From contig NC_059427.1 in assembly GCF_021028975.2 (NCBI RefSeq), positions 134,106,001 to 134,170,000 on the forward strand: a stretch of 64,000 nucleotides of DNA, written 5' to 3'. The notes beneath the pieces were generated by a model. The model worked only from the letters and a program-made list of their open reading frames with translations, was not told the DNA's origin and did no database searches. This document shows, one piece after another, positions 25,492-38,354 of the stretch; position 1 is the first letter of the stretch, and each line of letters starts with the position of its first letter. The translations under genes were made by a program, and so were the position numbers. Source of the DNA: Sphaerodactylus townsendi (Eukaryota).

Positions 25492-27439
25492 CTCTACAGC
25501 TTAATTTCAGCTTCTCTATCTACTGTTTCGCCTTCCCCGAGCTGTACTCCATTGTTTGTGTCAAGTAGCTATTTACTTTAATTTGATGAAAGTAATGAAA
25601 AAATTGATTATGAGCCTTTTTTTTTTACTGTAGAAGCATTATTACCCTAAGAAAAAAAATGGAAGCTTGCAAATCCTCCAAGGTTATAACATTTAAGTTA
25701 CTTCAGCATTTTTTTGTACTCCGTGTGCTCACTGGACATACTTTACATGATACCACCAGAAGGCAGTGCTAGAACTTTCCAGGTCATTTCAAGGGATGGG
25801 TTCCCTCATTGCCTCAGGCTGGTCCTAGTCAGCAGGCAACGAAATGGCAGTTGAGCTTTTGAGAAACTCTCAGATGTCATAAAGATCTTCCTTCTCATTT
25901 TTTTTTTACCCATTGCGTACGGCTGCCAGAGCCGGATCTAGGGGTGAGTGGGGCAGCTGCCTTGGGCACAGGAAGAGATGGGGTGGTGGCAGAGAGGGTG
26001 TAGTGGCAGCACAGCCACTGGTTAGAGGCTGTGAGTGGCTGCCTGCCTGGCTGCTGCGTGTGCCGCTCTTCTGAGCACATGAGCTGAGATGACGCCCCCT
26101 TTCTCCATCCCTTTCTCCTCCTACAGGCTCTTCATTTTCCTAAATTAGCAGTTGTGAAGTACAGGCTGCTGTTACCCACCACAACCACCACCACCACTCC
26201 AATTGGGGCAAGATAGCATGGCGAAAAAGATGTCTTTCTGCTATTGGGCCCCCAAGGCCAGTGGAGCTGTTTAGGTGCATGTGCATATGCGCTCTGAACA
26301 TGTGGGTGTTTGAGTGTTCATGTACATGCTTGTATGAAAGACTGGGTTCCTGGGACAAAGATGCATTGGTGTGGCAGAGTGGCACAAAGTCTCACCAGGG
26401 AAATATAGAGGGAACAGTCCAGTATTTGCTCAACAAGTGGGCACCCCCTCAAGTCAGGAATAGGTTCAGTGGTAAGCGGGGGGGGGGGAGGTTAATTCTT
26501 ATTACAAGTAAAAAATGGGTAGGGGGTGCTCCCCGAAGGGCTTGCTCTAAAACAAGGGCTTTTCTGTTTTTGCTCTGTTTTGTTTCTGATTTTATTTAAC
26601 ACCCAACCACCCCCAATTGCAAATAATAATAAAGACTTTGGGACTGGGAGTCCTAGACTTTTGGTGAATCAGTATCAGGATCTACTAGCGACTACATGTG
26701 TTCCTTCTATTCCTCCTGACTCCTTATTATATGGTTTTGATGCAGTTGCCTTTTGTGTGGCTGGGTTTTGCTTCTAGTAGATTTTGCTCTTTTCCACCAC
26801 ACTGTCCTTTTTTTGTTTTGAGCCAGTATCAGGACCATTGACTGGCAAAACTAGGGTTAGGCTTTGGGCATGGTAGTGCTGTGTGGACTGTGGATGAGAC
26901 AAGATTTAAGTGTAGAATGCATCTCTATGTAGAGTCCCACAGGATCAAGGTGCTCTTATCTCATGGTCAGTATTCTGTGTCTTACACTAACAAGTTCATC
27001 CAGGAAGCCCACAAGCTGGGCATGATGAAGACAACCGAATCTCCTGCAATTTATCTTTACTATCTGATGATCAGAGGTAGGTGGTGGATGTTCCACTGAG
27101 ATCGCATTCTAGAATCTGTTGACAGACCTCTTCTCCATGAATTTCGTTAAAACTTTCTAGGGGCCAAACTAGATGTGCTGGGCATTGAGTCCTGAGTTCC
27201 CAGATTCTTTTTTTTTTTAAATGAGAATTGAAATTAAAGAATATCACTGGGAGCTCTGGACACAAGGCACCCAGCATGTTTGGTTCTATGATAGTGACCA
27301 TCACCACATCCTGCACAGTCAATTACATAGTTGAATTCTATGTTGTGTTCTTTATGTTCTTTATGTCTGACATAAATCCATGCAGCCCAAGCTGTAGTAT
27401 TACGGGAAAGAAAATGTTTCCTTCACTTTCTGCATCTAT

Positions 27440-27625
27440 AATTTTATAAGTCTCTCATCCTCCCTCCTCAATTGTTGCTTTCCTGAACTACTCAAGCTTT
27501 CTAATAATAAGGTTCTACTCAAGCTTTCATCATAGAGAAGATCCCGCAGTCATTTGGGTTGCCATCTTCTGTGCCTTTTCTAGTTCTGCTATCTCCTCTT
27601 TGTGGTGCAGGTACCAGAACTGTGA
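27440..27625 (-). mobile_element. Old CR1 fragment
   Basis: Minus strand QFWYLHHKEEIAELEKAQKMATQM resembles CR1 QFWSPHLKKDI..LEKVQRRATRM. Confidence 0.65.
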
Positions 27626-28945
27626 AGCTCTGTCAGTCCCAGTCTGGATCCTTGGAGGATGTGGGGGCATATATTTTGTCTCATACTGAGTCAGACCAAT
27701 GCCTGAGTATTGATTCCTCTGATGGATTACAGCTGTCTTCCCAGGCAGTGAAGGTCTGTCCCAAGACCTGGAATCTTTTAACAGGAGATGCTGCCAAGGA
27801 TCTGGAGGAGAGAAAGCTTTGAACAAAATAAAAAGTTTTGTAAAAAAAAATATCCTAACAATTCAAAAGGAGGAAAAAATGGTTCTCCTAAATAAAAATT
27901 GTTAGCGAATTGTTAGCTCAAGTGTCAGAGTAGGCACTAGGTTCAAATTCCCACTCTGCCATGGAAACTTGCTGGGTGACACTCTTGTTACATGTTGGGA
28001 ACAGAGAGAAGTAAAAGCATGGGAGAGCAAGACTTTTTGCCTGAGGAAGCATCTGCCCAGAATTAGCTCAAGAGGGAGTGAGTCAGTAAATTACCATACT
28101 GTGCCATACTGCCTAAGTCATGCATGTCTTCCTAACTGTGCAACTATTGGGATTTGGTCTGCTTCATGTGTGAACTGAATGAAAATATAGGGGCGATTGT
28201 AAAGGCTCACACGGTCCACTATCCTGTCTCCCACAGTCCCCAGTCTTGTTCTCCAGGGAAGTCCACAAGCAAGGCAAGAAAGCCTTTCCCTGCTGTTTTA
28301 GGGTCAGAAATCCAAGTTCTTCCTTTTGAAGCAGTAGTCAAAGTTCAGCTTCTCTGTATATTTCCAGTGTTAGATAAGACCTGCTGCCTTTGTGCTTCAA
28401 AGCCACATAGTTACATTTTTGGTGCAGGGAATGAATGAAAAGATTGAATTTCATTCGTCGTTTTGGATGTCTTCGTATTTTGTGGCTTTCTCGCCAGTCT
28501 CCCCTGTCAGTTGAGCGTAGCCTTTGTTAAGCGATGTTACTAATAGGTCACCTATAACTTTCATGAAGTTGTACTGCTGACAACATCAGCCTCATCTCGC
28601 TCTCTGTGGCCTCTTGGAACATTTTGATTTTAACACCCACACACACCAAATGTATTCCAGAACTTCTCTCTGAAGTTAGTGCAAAATAAACAAGTACATT
28701 TTTTCTCCCTGAACATTTCTTCCCAATGCATTTCATTGTCTTTCAACTCCCTTAAAAAAATCTTAATCCATTATTAAAGCAATTCAGGGTTGTTGTTTTA
28801 ATTTCTAAGAACTTTAGAAAGATTCTCACCTTAGCTATTCCTGGGCTTTTCTATATAATCGTGTCTTCATTAATTGGATAATATGAACTTTGGTGAACTG
28901 TTCTCTTTAACATGTGTCTCTTTGGACAGTTTTGGAGGGCTAGAT

Positions 28946-29047
28946 CAGGGGTCTGCAAACTGCGGCTCTCCAGATGTTCATGGACTACAATTCCCATCAG
29001 CGCCTGCCACCATGAACATCTGGAGAGCCGCAGGTTGCAGACCCCTG
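28946..29047. mobile_element. Short palindromic hAT MITE
   Basis: About 37-bp inverted arms CAGGGGTCTGCAA.CTGCGGCTCTCCAGATGTTCATGG; perfect TSD GGCTAGAT at 28938-28945 and 29048-29055. Confidence 0.92.
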
Positions 29048-29509
29048 GGCTAGATGGAATCTTTCAATGAATTCAGCCCACATCAAATGCACAGCATCTC
29101 TCTTTGGTCCATCTACTGCCTTCATCTGTCTGTAGTTAGGGTTAAGGGGAGAAGTAGCATGAATTTTACATCAAGCAGTGTTGGGGTAAAGGGGAGAAGT
29201 AGCAAGAATTTTACAACCAGCCTGTGTGATGTCAGTAAGCTAGGATGAAAAAGCAACTTTTGCAAACTTTTGTGGATTCACCTATAACATGAACTGTCCT
29301 TGAGAAAAGATTCCCCTGGTGTTGTTCTCTTATATTAAATACGTTTTTTGTAGCAAATTCTATACATAGCATAATGGCTTCCTTTGATTTGTCTTGCTAC
29401 AAAGATGGCTGCAGTGTTTCTACTGTGCAACTTCAGTATTCTTCACAGATTTCATGCCAAACAGGGCCCCCAAGCCTTGATACCATGTGCAAAATCTGGA
29501 GATTTTTAA

Positions 29510-29627
29510 ACTGACACTGGATGGCCATCTGTCAGGAGTGCTTTGATTGTGTATTCCTGCATGGCAGGGGGCTGGACTGGATAGCCCTCCTGGTCTCTTC
29601 TAAGTCTATGATTCTAAGATTCTATGA
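29510..29627 (+). mobile_element. CR1 3' end
   Basis: Ends ctatgattctaagattctatga; reverse-complementary to about 12415-12515. Confidence 0.8.
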
Positions 29628-30664
29628 AGCTTGACTAATAACAATATCTCCCATTTGATTCACAAGGCCTGTATACTACATTAGTTTCATATATTCAGTA
29701 TAGAGGCACAGGTCTCTAGACCCAGGCACAATCCTCTATGCATATACAGTATGTTCCCAAATCACTCCCCCTGCTCTTTAACCATACCTCTTGTGATTTC
29801 TGAAAAATCTTTTTATTTTTTCATTTTTTCCCTGCATTTTTCCTTCATTTTTTCTGGACTGTGCTTTTAAGCAGCTTCTCTGGATAGATAGCACAGACAC
29901 AGTGGCGTAGCGCCCATGGGACCGGGGGCACAACACCCCTGGCATGCCCCAGTGCAGGGGCAAAGCTTGGGCATTCCGGGGGTATGGCTTAGGTGGCCCT
30001 GATAGTCCATCCCGAATCTGAGATTAAATTAAAATTATTTAAATGTTAAGTCACTCTCCAAAGTGGCATGCAGTTCAATGCACGACCAATTACAGCTGGA
30101 GGGAGAAATTGGCACAGCCCCTTTGCATGTGCAGAAGTGCTTTAGGTGTGTGTGTATGTGTGTATTTCTGTTCTTTGAATCATTTGCTACATTCTAAGCC
30201 AAAACATCAAGTTTCATAGAACACTGATTTCTTTTTATAATTCCTATCCACAATGCCATTCTTTTGTGGTGAGTTCAGAGAGTTTGAATCAGTGCTCTTG
30301 TATCCCAACAAGTGTGCAAAAGTGTTTCAGATGATTGATTTTCAGTAATCATTTCAGTGAAGTGGAAAACTAGAAACCCATATTTTCACATCACAAATGT
30401 GCTTTGTTTTGGTGAGTAACTTAATTAGGGGATTTTATAGTGGAAACTTCTTCCAGATATTTTTACGAGCAGCCATTTTTTAATGCAATGTATAGTCTTA
30501 TATTTCTCTTCTATGTGTGGAATGTTCTGCTTGTTGGTGTATAATATGTTAATTTAAACTATTAAGTTTTCACAGAGGAGTTTGCCAACTTCGATTCATG
30601 TGTCAAGCATAAATACATGCAAAATCTGCTTACTGTAGTTTTTAGCATGCTGTTTTCTTTTTAG

Positions 30665-30814
30665 ATCATAGCTGAACTTAAGACAACCATTTCCTCTCTG
30701 ACAGAGGAAGGCAACCAGCAGCAGCTTGCTGCAGAAAGGCGCCTGCAGGATGTTTTACAAAGGTTTGAAGATGAGAAGCAGCAGCTGATTCGAGATAATG
30801 ACAGAGCAATCAAG
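30665..30814 (+). CDS. CEP112: Internal coding exon of CEP112 (150 bp, phase 0-0), IIAELKTTISSLTEEGNQQQLAAERRLQDVLQRFEDEKQQLIRDNDRAIK
   Basis: Polypyrimidine acceptor tgttttctttttag|ATC and donor AAG|gtaatc; 50 open codons; matches recalled CEP112 IIAELQTTISSLKEENSQQQLAAERRLQDV. Confidence 0.95.
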
Positions 30815-31629
30815 GTAATCTGGGGCTTTGAGTCAATGATGCTACCAGCTGTTTGAGTATAATTAAAAGTTTTGAAAGCATTGGCAGAAGACATATGAAT
30901 GCATATAGCATTCATCTTCTTATAACACTCAGTAGTTCCACTTATTGGATGAACTATGATGCCATGACTGACTGAGAGACAAGACGCCTAGATGAATGGA
31001 GACGGTTTGGGATTTTTTAATCAGGTTTGATCCATTTGCACAAAACCTTTAATGAAACCTGGCGGTAAATTTTAATGTTAATAATTATAATAATAATTTT
31101 ATTTAATACCACAAGGAAGTATCCTGCTGTCTTCCTAGAAATGGTTAAAATATTTTCATGTTGCTGGTATCTGTTTAGTATACTTTTATATACTGACAAG
31201 CACTAATCCCAGTGGAAAGTCTATTTACTTGAAATAACTGAAAAACACTAGCCATTTCATTAATTTCGAAATGCCTTTAATTAAACACAGTTCATGCACA
31301 TCCTTCTTAAGTCCTTGTCTGAATTAGTGAGTTTTGTCCAAGTTGATGAATATGCAGCACACATCTGAAGTAGGATGTACACTAAACACTAAAGATCATC
31401 ACTGAAGGAATCATTATAGTCCCTTAACATTGACAGAGGATTGGCTGCTGCATAATATTGGGCAACACAAATATGATTGTGGAAAACATCCATGGTTGGG
31501 AAATGTTACAAAATAATTTATTTAGGCTTTTTTTTAGCAGGGCCAAGCCATTATGGCACTGTGAACTTCAGTTTTAGAGGTGCTTTATATGGTGAGCTAG
31601 TTTCATTTGACTATTTTATATGTCTGTAT

Positions 31630-31770
31630 GGCTCATTCCGCACATGCAGAATAATGCACTTTCAAACTGCTTTCAATGCTCTTTGAAGCTGTGCGGAATG
31701 GCAAAATCCACTTGCAAACAGTTGTAAAAGTGGTTTGAAAACGCATTATTTTGCATGTGCGGAAGGGGCC
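31630..31770 (+). mobile_element. 141-bp PIF/Harbinger-like MITE, copy 1
   Basis: GGCTCATTCCGCACATGCA...TGCATGTGCGGAAGGGGCC with 3-bp TSD TAT; near-identical copies elsewhere in the window. Confidence 0.88.
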
Positions 31771-31881
31771 TATGTTTGCTTTAACTTACTGATAGGTACC
31801 CTGAGTCTCTAGGGTTGGTTCGGGCCAGAAATATAGACAAATTATGTCAAAATTATTCTAAATCTAAATTATGAAGAGGAG

Positions 31882-32063
31882 TTCAATGTATTGTCGAAAG
31901 CTTTCACAAAAGCTTTCAAATGTTAGTTGTGGGTTTTACATGTGTGTAACAGACTTCACTCTGTGCTACGCCTCTGAAGATGCCAGCCACAGATGCAGGC
32001 GAAACGTTAGGAGCAAGATCTACCAGACCATGGCCACACAGCCTGGAAACCCACAACAACCAA
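31882..32063 (+). mobile_element. Short PLE insertion (inverted stub plus terminal repeat)
   Basis: Flanked by TATGAAGAGGAG (31870-31881) and TATGAGGAGGAG (32064-32075); same terminus as 8428 and 13183 in the opposite orientation. Confidence 0.82.
31971..32011 (+). ncRNA. Minimal type I hammerhead ribozyme motif (PLE-type), core intact
   Basis: CCT-CTGAAGA-T-GCC-agccacagatgca-GGC-GAAAC-GTT^AGG: CUGANGA and GAAA boxes, helix I CCT/AGG, helix II GCC/GGC, loopless palindromic helix III AACGTT. Activity not shown. Confidence 0.72.
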
Positions 32064-32422
32064 TATGAGGAGGAGGTGTTTTTTTTAACTATTGCTTATT
32101 ATAATATGAAAAGGGAGTAGATTTGAAAACTCTTGGACATGACTTCCATAATGATTGGTTTGGGGTTGGATCAGTTAATCGTTATGTCCATACTTGTTTG
32201 TCCCATTGATATCTTTATCCAGGTGATGAGTACGCCCTGAATTTTTCCTATTTTCTCCCTTTATTTGTTTGTCGTTTTTCATTGTGATGTATAGCAATCA
32301 TACTAATTCCAGTATATCTCCTAATGGCTGGGTGGAAGAGATCAATATCATCCTCCCCACGAATAAAGTGTAGCAAATTACATGGGGAAAAAAAGAACAT
32401 GAGCCCTGAAGTTGAGAACAGA

Positions 32423-32563
32423 GGCCCCTTCTCCACATGCAGAATAATGCACTTTCAATCCACTTTCACAATTGTTTGCAAGTGGATTTTGCTATTCCGC
32501 ACAGCTGCAAAATGCATTGAAACAGGATTGAAAGTGCATTATTCTGCATGTGCGGAAGGGGCC
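32423..32563 (-). mobile_element. Harbinger-like MITE, sister subfamily
   Basis: 141 bp; about 35-bp TIRs GGCCCCTT...CACATGCAGAATAATGCACTTTCAATCC; no clean TSD. Confidence 0.82.
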
Positions 32564-33204
32564 TCAAAGGAGCTGCCCTTGTGAACCGTTAGTAATCTGA
32601 GTTTCAAAGACAGAGAAGCATCAACCTTTATTACTAGACATTTTTGCAATTTATACTAGGTGAAATAGTGTGGCATGTAGTGATCTTTTTACTGGCTATT
32701 CTCAGCCAACAGAAAAGGACTATCCAAAACATGTTGTACAACATAGAGAGAGAAAACATATAGAATCCTCTGCACAGCTTCACTTTAATTTCTTTCAGTT
32801 CCCACATCTGAAGCTACTTTATTCTACTTTGTCTTGTATTAAACATTTGCATCTGATAAATGAGATTGTAGCTTACTGAGAATTAATAGTGGCTAGTCCT
32901 CCAGCCTTGTGATTACTTGGTGCTGATTGTTCAGCCTTGTTCCTTCAACTTCCAGTCTTACCAATACACTGATATGATGCACATCTAAAGTCCTTCACAT
33001 AAACACATTCTTTCCGGCAGTTTAGGGATGAGCACATGTTCCCCATTTCATTTCTTTATCGTTCCATGGATCCGCACTGCCTCACATTCTGTTCCAGCTG
33101 GCTTCTGTTAACTAACAGAATTTCTATAATTAATTCTGGAAGTGGAACTTGCACAGTTTGCAGTTCATGTTTTGTTCCTTGTAGGTAACTAAGGCATACG
33201 TTTC

Positions 33205-35400
33205 TGAGGGTAACCAAATTGGTCTGCAGTAGAACAGTTAAGAATCAAGTCCAGTAGCACCTTAGAAATCAACAAGAGTTTCAGTGTATGAGCTTACAAG
33301 AGTCAAAGCTCACTTGATCAGATTCTGATAGAGCTGAAGACCTGAGTCCTTTTATCCTATTCAGAAGATGAGAGGGATGTCGAAAAGAATGCTTGTAAAC
33401 ATGCAGAGATACCATCCGTATTGTGATGAACTTGATTAAAGCAGAGGGGAAATGCTTGGAGACAGAAAATTAGCATCTGTAGAGAGATAAGAATCCTAGT
33501 ATCAATTCAGCCTTTTGGGCGGGGCGCGGGGGGGGAACCATTGTTCTGAACTATAAATTAACTGAAGTTCAGCAATCTTACTGTAATTTTCCCTTTAAAT
33601 ACCTTTTTGGGGGTGGGGAACTGCCATTCTTTGGTCAATGATGGAAGATGAAGATATTCTTCCACTGGTTTTTGAGCGTTACAGTCTTTAATGTTGCTCT
33701 CATGTTTATTCTTTTGCATAGGACTGACCTATTTGTCTGATGTAGGGAGTGGAAGGACATTGTTGACATTTTATGGCACATATAATGGAATATGAACAAA
33801 TGAATGAACGGGAGATGCTATGGCAGGTGTTGCTAGGTCCCATTATTGTGTTGTTAGAGTGGATATGGAAACAGAGTTGGCATCTTGGTTTGTTGCAGGC
33901 CCTAGTCCCAGAGTCTGTGTCCATGTTTGGAGGGTATTACTGTGGGTAAGATGTTGTTTAAGGTTAAGAAGCTGTCTGTGGGCAAAAAAAGGTTCGTCTA
34001 TCAGTGCCTGTGAAATAGGGGTGTCATTTCTCTGGCATAGGTCGTAGGTTATTAATGTTGCATTGAACCAGGTTGAGCTGAGAACTGTTGTGTGACCACC
34101 AGTGGTCGTCTGTTGTTGTTGTTGTTTTTTTGGCCTGTCTTGTAGTAGGTTATCCCTTGGAATCGTTCTGGCTTTGTTGATCTGTTTCCTTATTGCATCA
34201 GATGGGTATTGTAATTCCAAGAATGTCTGTTGTAGATGCTGCAGGTGAGAATCTGTCTGGGGGATCAGAACAGATGCAGCTGTAGCATAGAGCTTGGCTG
34301 TAGATAATGGGTTATTTAGTGTGTTTAGAATGGTGACTGGAGGCTTGTAGATATGTTTGGTGATTTGCAAGTTTTCAGTGTAAGGGGTTTTTTATGCTTG
34401 CATTATGTATCTGTATAGTGGTACCTAGAAAGTGTGTTACTTAACAAAGTAGATGTGTCCATGTATCCTGACACCCCTTCAGTGATGGTACTTATACCCA
34501 AGACAAGCTCTAGGCTGCCAGGCTTGTGTATTTAGGCGGGAGACAAATAATATGTGATTGATGTATCCATATAGCTATCCGCATATCCATATGTGTGGGC
34601 AGTCCTTCATAATCCTTTTAAATCTTTTTTGTTATTCCTGAGTGGGGTCTGAGAATAGTTGATGGTAGAGGGTTGTATTTTGGCTTCCTGAATGATGGCT
34701 GATTTGTCTATGATGATAATTGCTCCCCCTTTGTCAGTTCTTTAATAATGATGTTTGAATTGTTTTTGAGGCTGTTCATTGCATTTCTGTCATGTGGGTG
34801 AGGTTGTGTTATAAGGTATATTTCTTGAACATGTCAGTTTGGGCTGAACAGTGAAAACATTCTACTTAAAGATTTAGTTTGGTGTTGTAGCCATCGGGAA
34901 GGTCCATGTAGAGTCCTTTATCGTGCAGTGTTGGGTGAGTGGCAATTGATGGTCAATGTATTGTCTTATGGTGCACCTGTTCAGCAGTAGATTGTGAATT
35001 GCTTTATTATGAGGATGTTGCCTGTCCACTATGTTCTGTTTCAACGTTTGATGAAGATACTCCTTCAGACAAAGGCAATGAAAAAAGACCTCCAAGTCAC
35101 TACAGAACTGTTATCACCTGTGTGGATTTAGTGGGCCAGAAGAATAGTCCTCTTGAAAGAACAAATTCCTTTTCCCGACTGAGGGGGTGTTGTGAGAGGC
35201 TGACAGTATTACTGGAGGAATTATTGTTGTGACCTGCAGCATCTGAGAGGCTAGAAAGTTTCCTGCCTTTCTGCAATATCTGCTCCCAAATTTGTGCATT
35301 TTACTCCTTTTCTGTCCAGCCTTTGCTTATCTGAGTTCTACTGAGTATCTCCTGTGAATAGCTATAGCCTCTTCTTTGATTCCTTCAAGAGTAACAATGG
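33205..35400 (-). mobile_element. Degenerate PLE of a second family (Neptune-like), RT core largely deleted
   Basis: Minus frames give CLKEY, DKGGAIII, RDNLLQDRPK, CNKPRCQLC and the GIY-YIG-like IICAIKCQQCPSTPYIRQIGQS; decayed hammerhead-like terminus near 33285-33325. Confidence 0.82.
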
Positions 35401-35834
35401 GTCCAGAGTTTGGGGGAAAGGGAATGTGTGAGATATCCCTCTTTTGTGACCAGCTGTCTCTTGAGTGTTAGGTGTAGTTTATTTAAATAACACTTAACAT
35501 ATAACATGTAAGTAATTTTTTTAATCTAGAGGAAAGCCTTTTATTTGAAGGTGCTTGTAGTCACATACTGAAATATCAGCATATTTCATCTTGATTGCTT
35601 TAATATGCTTCACAAATTTTGTGGTGATGAAGTACTTGGAAGAAAAATACTACCCATAAGCTGAACCTTTATTGCATTTTCATCATAAAGCACATTAGGT
35701 CTTCATGAGTAATCACAGTTACAGTTTTATTACAATGCTAGAGGGTTAAAAACAATTCAGTAATTAGTAACTAAATGGTTTATTGCATCATCTATTCTTC
35801 ATCTTTAAATAATGTTGGTGTATGCAGTCCTTGG

Positions 35835-36286
35835 GGCCCTTTCCACATGGGTCAATAAACACGGGTGAGAGGCGGGTTACATGAACCCGTCCTCGCCCCG
35901 AGCCCTTCGTGTGGATAGCCAGCCATGTGAATGGGGCGCTCACCTTCACACAGAGGCATGTTTTGTTTTGGGTCCCTGCCTCAGGGCCATGTTATAGCCC
36001 TTTCCCCCTGCGTGGCTCCACAGGTGGAAGCCGTGGGTTGTGATTCTCTAGTTTGTTTGCAGCCCCCAAATGCGCCTCCCAGCCACGGCCATTCGCTCAG
36101 CTGTGGCTGTGAGGTGCATTGAAACAAAAGAATCACACATAATGCAATTCTTGTTTAACCCGCCCTGCAGCCAATAGCGCAGGTGAGAGGCAGGTTAGAT
36201 CCGTGTGAGGGCGGGACCATGCAAAGTTCCCACTCAACACGGGTTTTATCCCACCCTCATGTTTATTGGCCCATGTGGAAAGGGCA
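35835..36286. mobile_element. PIF/Harbinger-like non-autonomous element
   Basis: About 30-bp TIRs GCCCTTTCCACATGGG.CAATAAACA; TGG on both flanks. Confidence 0.82.
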
Positions 36287-37683
36287 TGGGTTGTAATGAG
36301 GGGTAAAAAAGGTACTTCATTGCCCTATTACTTGTTTTGAAATTTACAAGTGAGGGAGCTATGAGGACTCAGGGGAAGGAAAATATCCTTCCCCATCCCC
36401 CATTTCCCCACTCTTTGTCGCATTTTCTCTCTTTTCATTCCAGGTTCACTTTCCCTCTACTCACTCCAATCTTCCTACTTGTCTTACCTGCCTACCTATT
36501 CCCCAATCTCATAATCAGTTTTGAAATGGAATAAATGATAGGTGAAATCTAGTGAAATACTCAGGTTCTCAGCAGCTCTTTTAGGTCATCTAGGCATACA
36601 GAATACAAAGACAGCAACAGTTTAGAATCCTACAGAATGAGTAGGATGACCACATTCTGGCTTTTCTGTGAGTTAGATCTGATGACTGTCTTCTACTAAA
36701 TGAGGAGTCTTTTTACAATGGGAAGATGTTAGTTCAGTAGATTCCTTTCAGTGAAGAAACATGCTCCAACAGAAGTGTCTTATTGGATCCAGCCCTATAT
36801 CTTTGACAGATCAGTCCGCCGAGAAGCTTTTCAGGTCTGGCTTTTCATTCTGGTACTACAGTAGCACTTCTGCTTTCTGTATTCTGCAGATGATGGTTAG
36901 GGTATGACAGATAAAGCTGAACAACGACCCAGCATGTGGTTGGAGAGTTTGCTAACACAGCACTCTTGAGAATCGATCTGTGGGAGAACCCAGGAGACCT
37001 CATTCTGAAGCTCCTCGTTCTGTGCAGCGAATAGATTTTGTCTTGCGGGAAGTGGAATTCCTAAGAAGCTAAAATCCTTGCCATAAGGCCACATGTCCAA
37101 TCAGAAAATTCCTATGAAAGACAGCTTTGTTAAATGGATCCCCAAAGTCTTAAGATGAAGACTTAAGACTCATATGTCGTTTCAGAAATAATGTACAAAT
37201 AAAGCTAAATACTATTATAATTCCTCTATTCCACTCATCTTTCGTGGCACTCAGATCAGCTAACTTATGGTTTCCAGGTGGTCTTCCTCCCAGGCAGTTT
37301 GCAAGACCAGGCTTGTTTAACTTCAGCAGTAGGACCACATCATACGCTTTCAAATCCTTACCTGAAGCCTTCGTTTTTCTGCTTATGCTTTACTTTTTCA
37401 ACTTTGAAAAGGCAGATAACTCTGGCAAGAGTTTAGCAAAGCAGACAAATCTTAGGAGGAAGCACTATTCAAGGTTATGAAGGAACACTTCAAAGAGTAT
37501 ACAAGAAATCTGAATGAAATTCAGTAACTGACTCTTAATATGTACACAATGTGTATTTTTAATAATATGTACTTTCTTAGCTTGCAGATCGCATGAACAT
37601 CTCAAAACTTGGGGCCTTTTCCACTGTACATTTGGAGAGGAAAACGCAGGGGTGATTCTAAATGTTAACTTCTGTTTCCTTTA

Positions 37684-37686
<3 letters not shown>

Positions 37687-37725
<39 letters not shown>

Positions 37726-37728
37726 ACT
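37687..37728. repeat. (TC)n microsatellite
   Basis: TC run. Confidence 0.95.
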
Positions 37729-37814
37729 CTTACAGCCAACTTGCAGTAATTCCACAGGGTTTTCAAGGTAAGAAAACCCTGTGTTGCCTTCTTCTGTGTA
37801 GCAGCTCTGATCTT

Positions 37815-37905
37815 CTTTGATGGTCTCTCAACCAAATACTAACCAGGGCCAATCCTGCTTAACAGCCAATATTTGATGAGATCAGGCTAGCCTGGCTATC
37901 CAGAT
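37815..37905 (-). mobile_element. 5S-derived SINE head
   Basis: The reverse complement resembles the 5S body (gatctcatca...taagcagg...ctggttagtatttgg..gagagacc). Confidence 0.65.
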
Positions 37906-37963
37906 TAGTTGTAAATCCAGTCCCCATCACAATATTATCTGTATCGGTAAGACAGTTCCTAGA

Positions 37964-38044
37964 CCCGTGGTGGCGATTGGCTGGCAGGGGCTGATGGGAA
38001 TTGTAGTCCATAACATCTGGAGTGCCAAAGGTTCACCACCACTG
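37964..38044. mobile_element. Internally deleted hAT MITE
   Basis: Ends ccgtggtggcga / tcaccaccactg; shares gggaattgtagtccataacatctgga with the other MITEs. Confidence 0.65.
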
Positions 38045-38354
38045 TCCTATGAAAGACTGTCCTAAACTAATCAGAGCATATACTGAGTAACACTAAAATC
38101 AGAGTTACACTAAAAGAAAAACAATTATTTAAGCTTAAAAAAAATTAAATGTGCGATCTTTGTCTTACCTAGATGACCACGTGAACATTTAAAAATGGGA
38201 TTAGTTTTATAACTTTGTTTTCTCTTTCAATTTTTTTTGTCAAATGCATAATTTTTACAAGCTCAAATTTGTGCAACATTTCTGGTGAAGGAAATTTCTT
38301 TCACCAACATGAACAAATTTGGACCGATCCACAAATTATTCACATAGGGGATTT

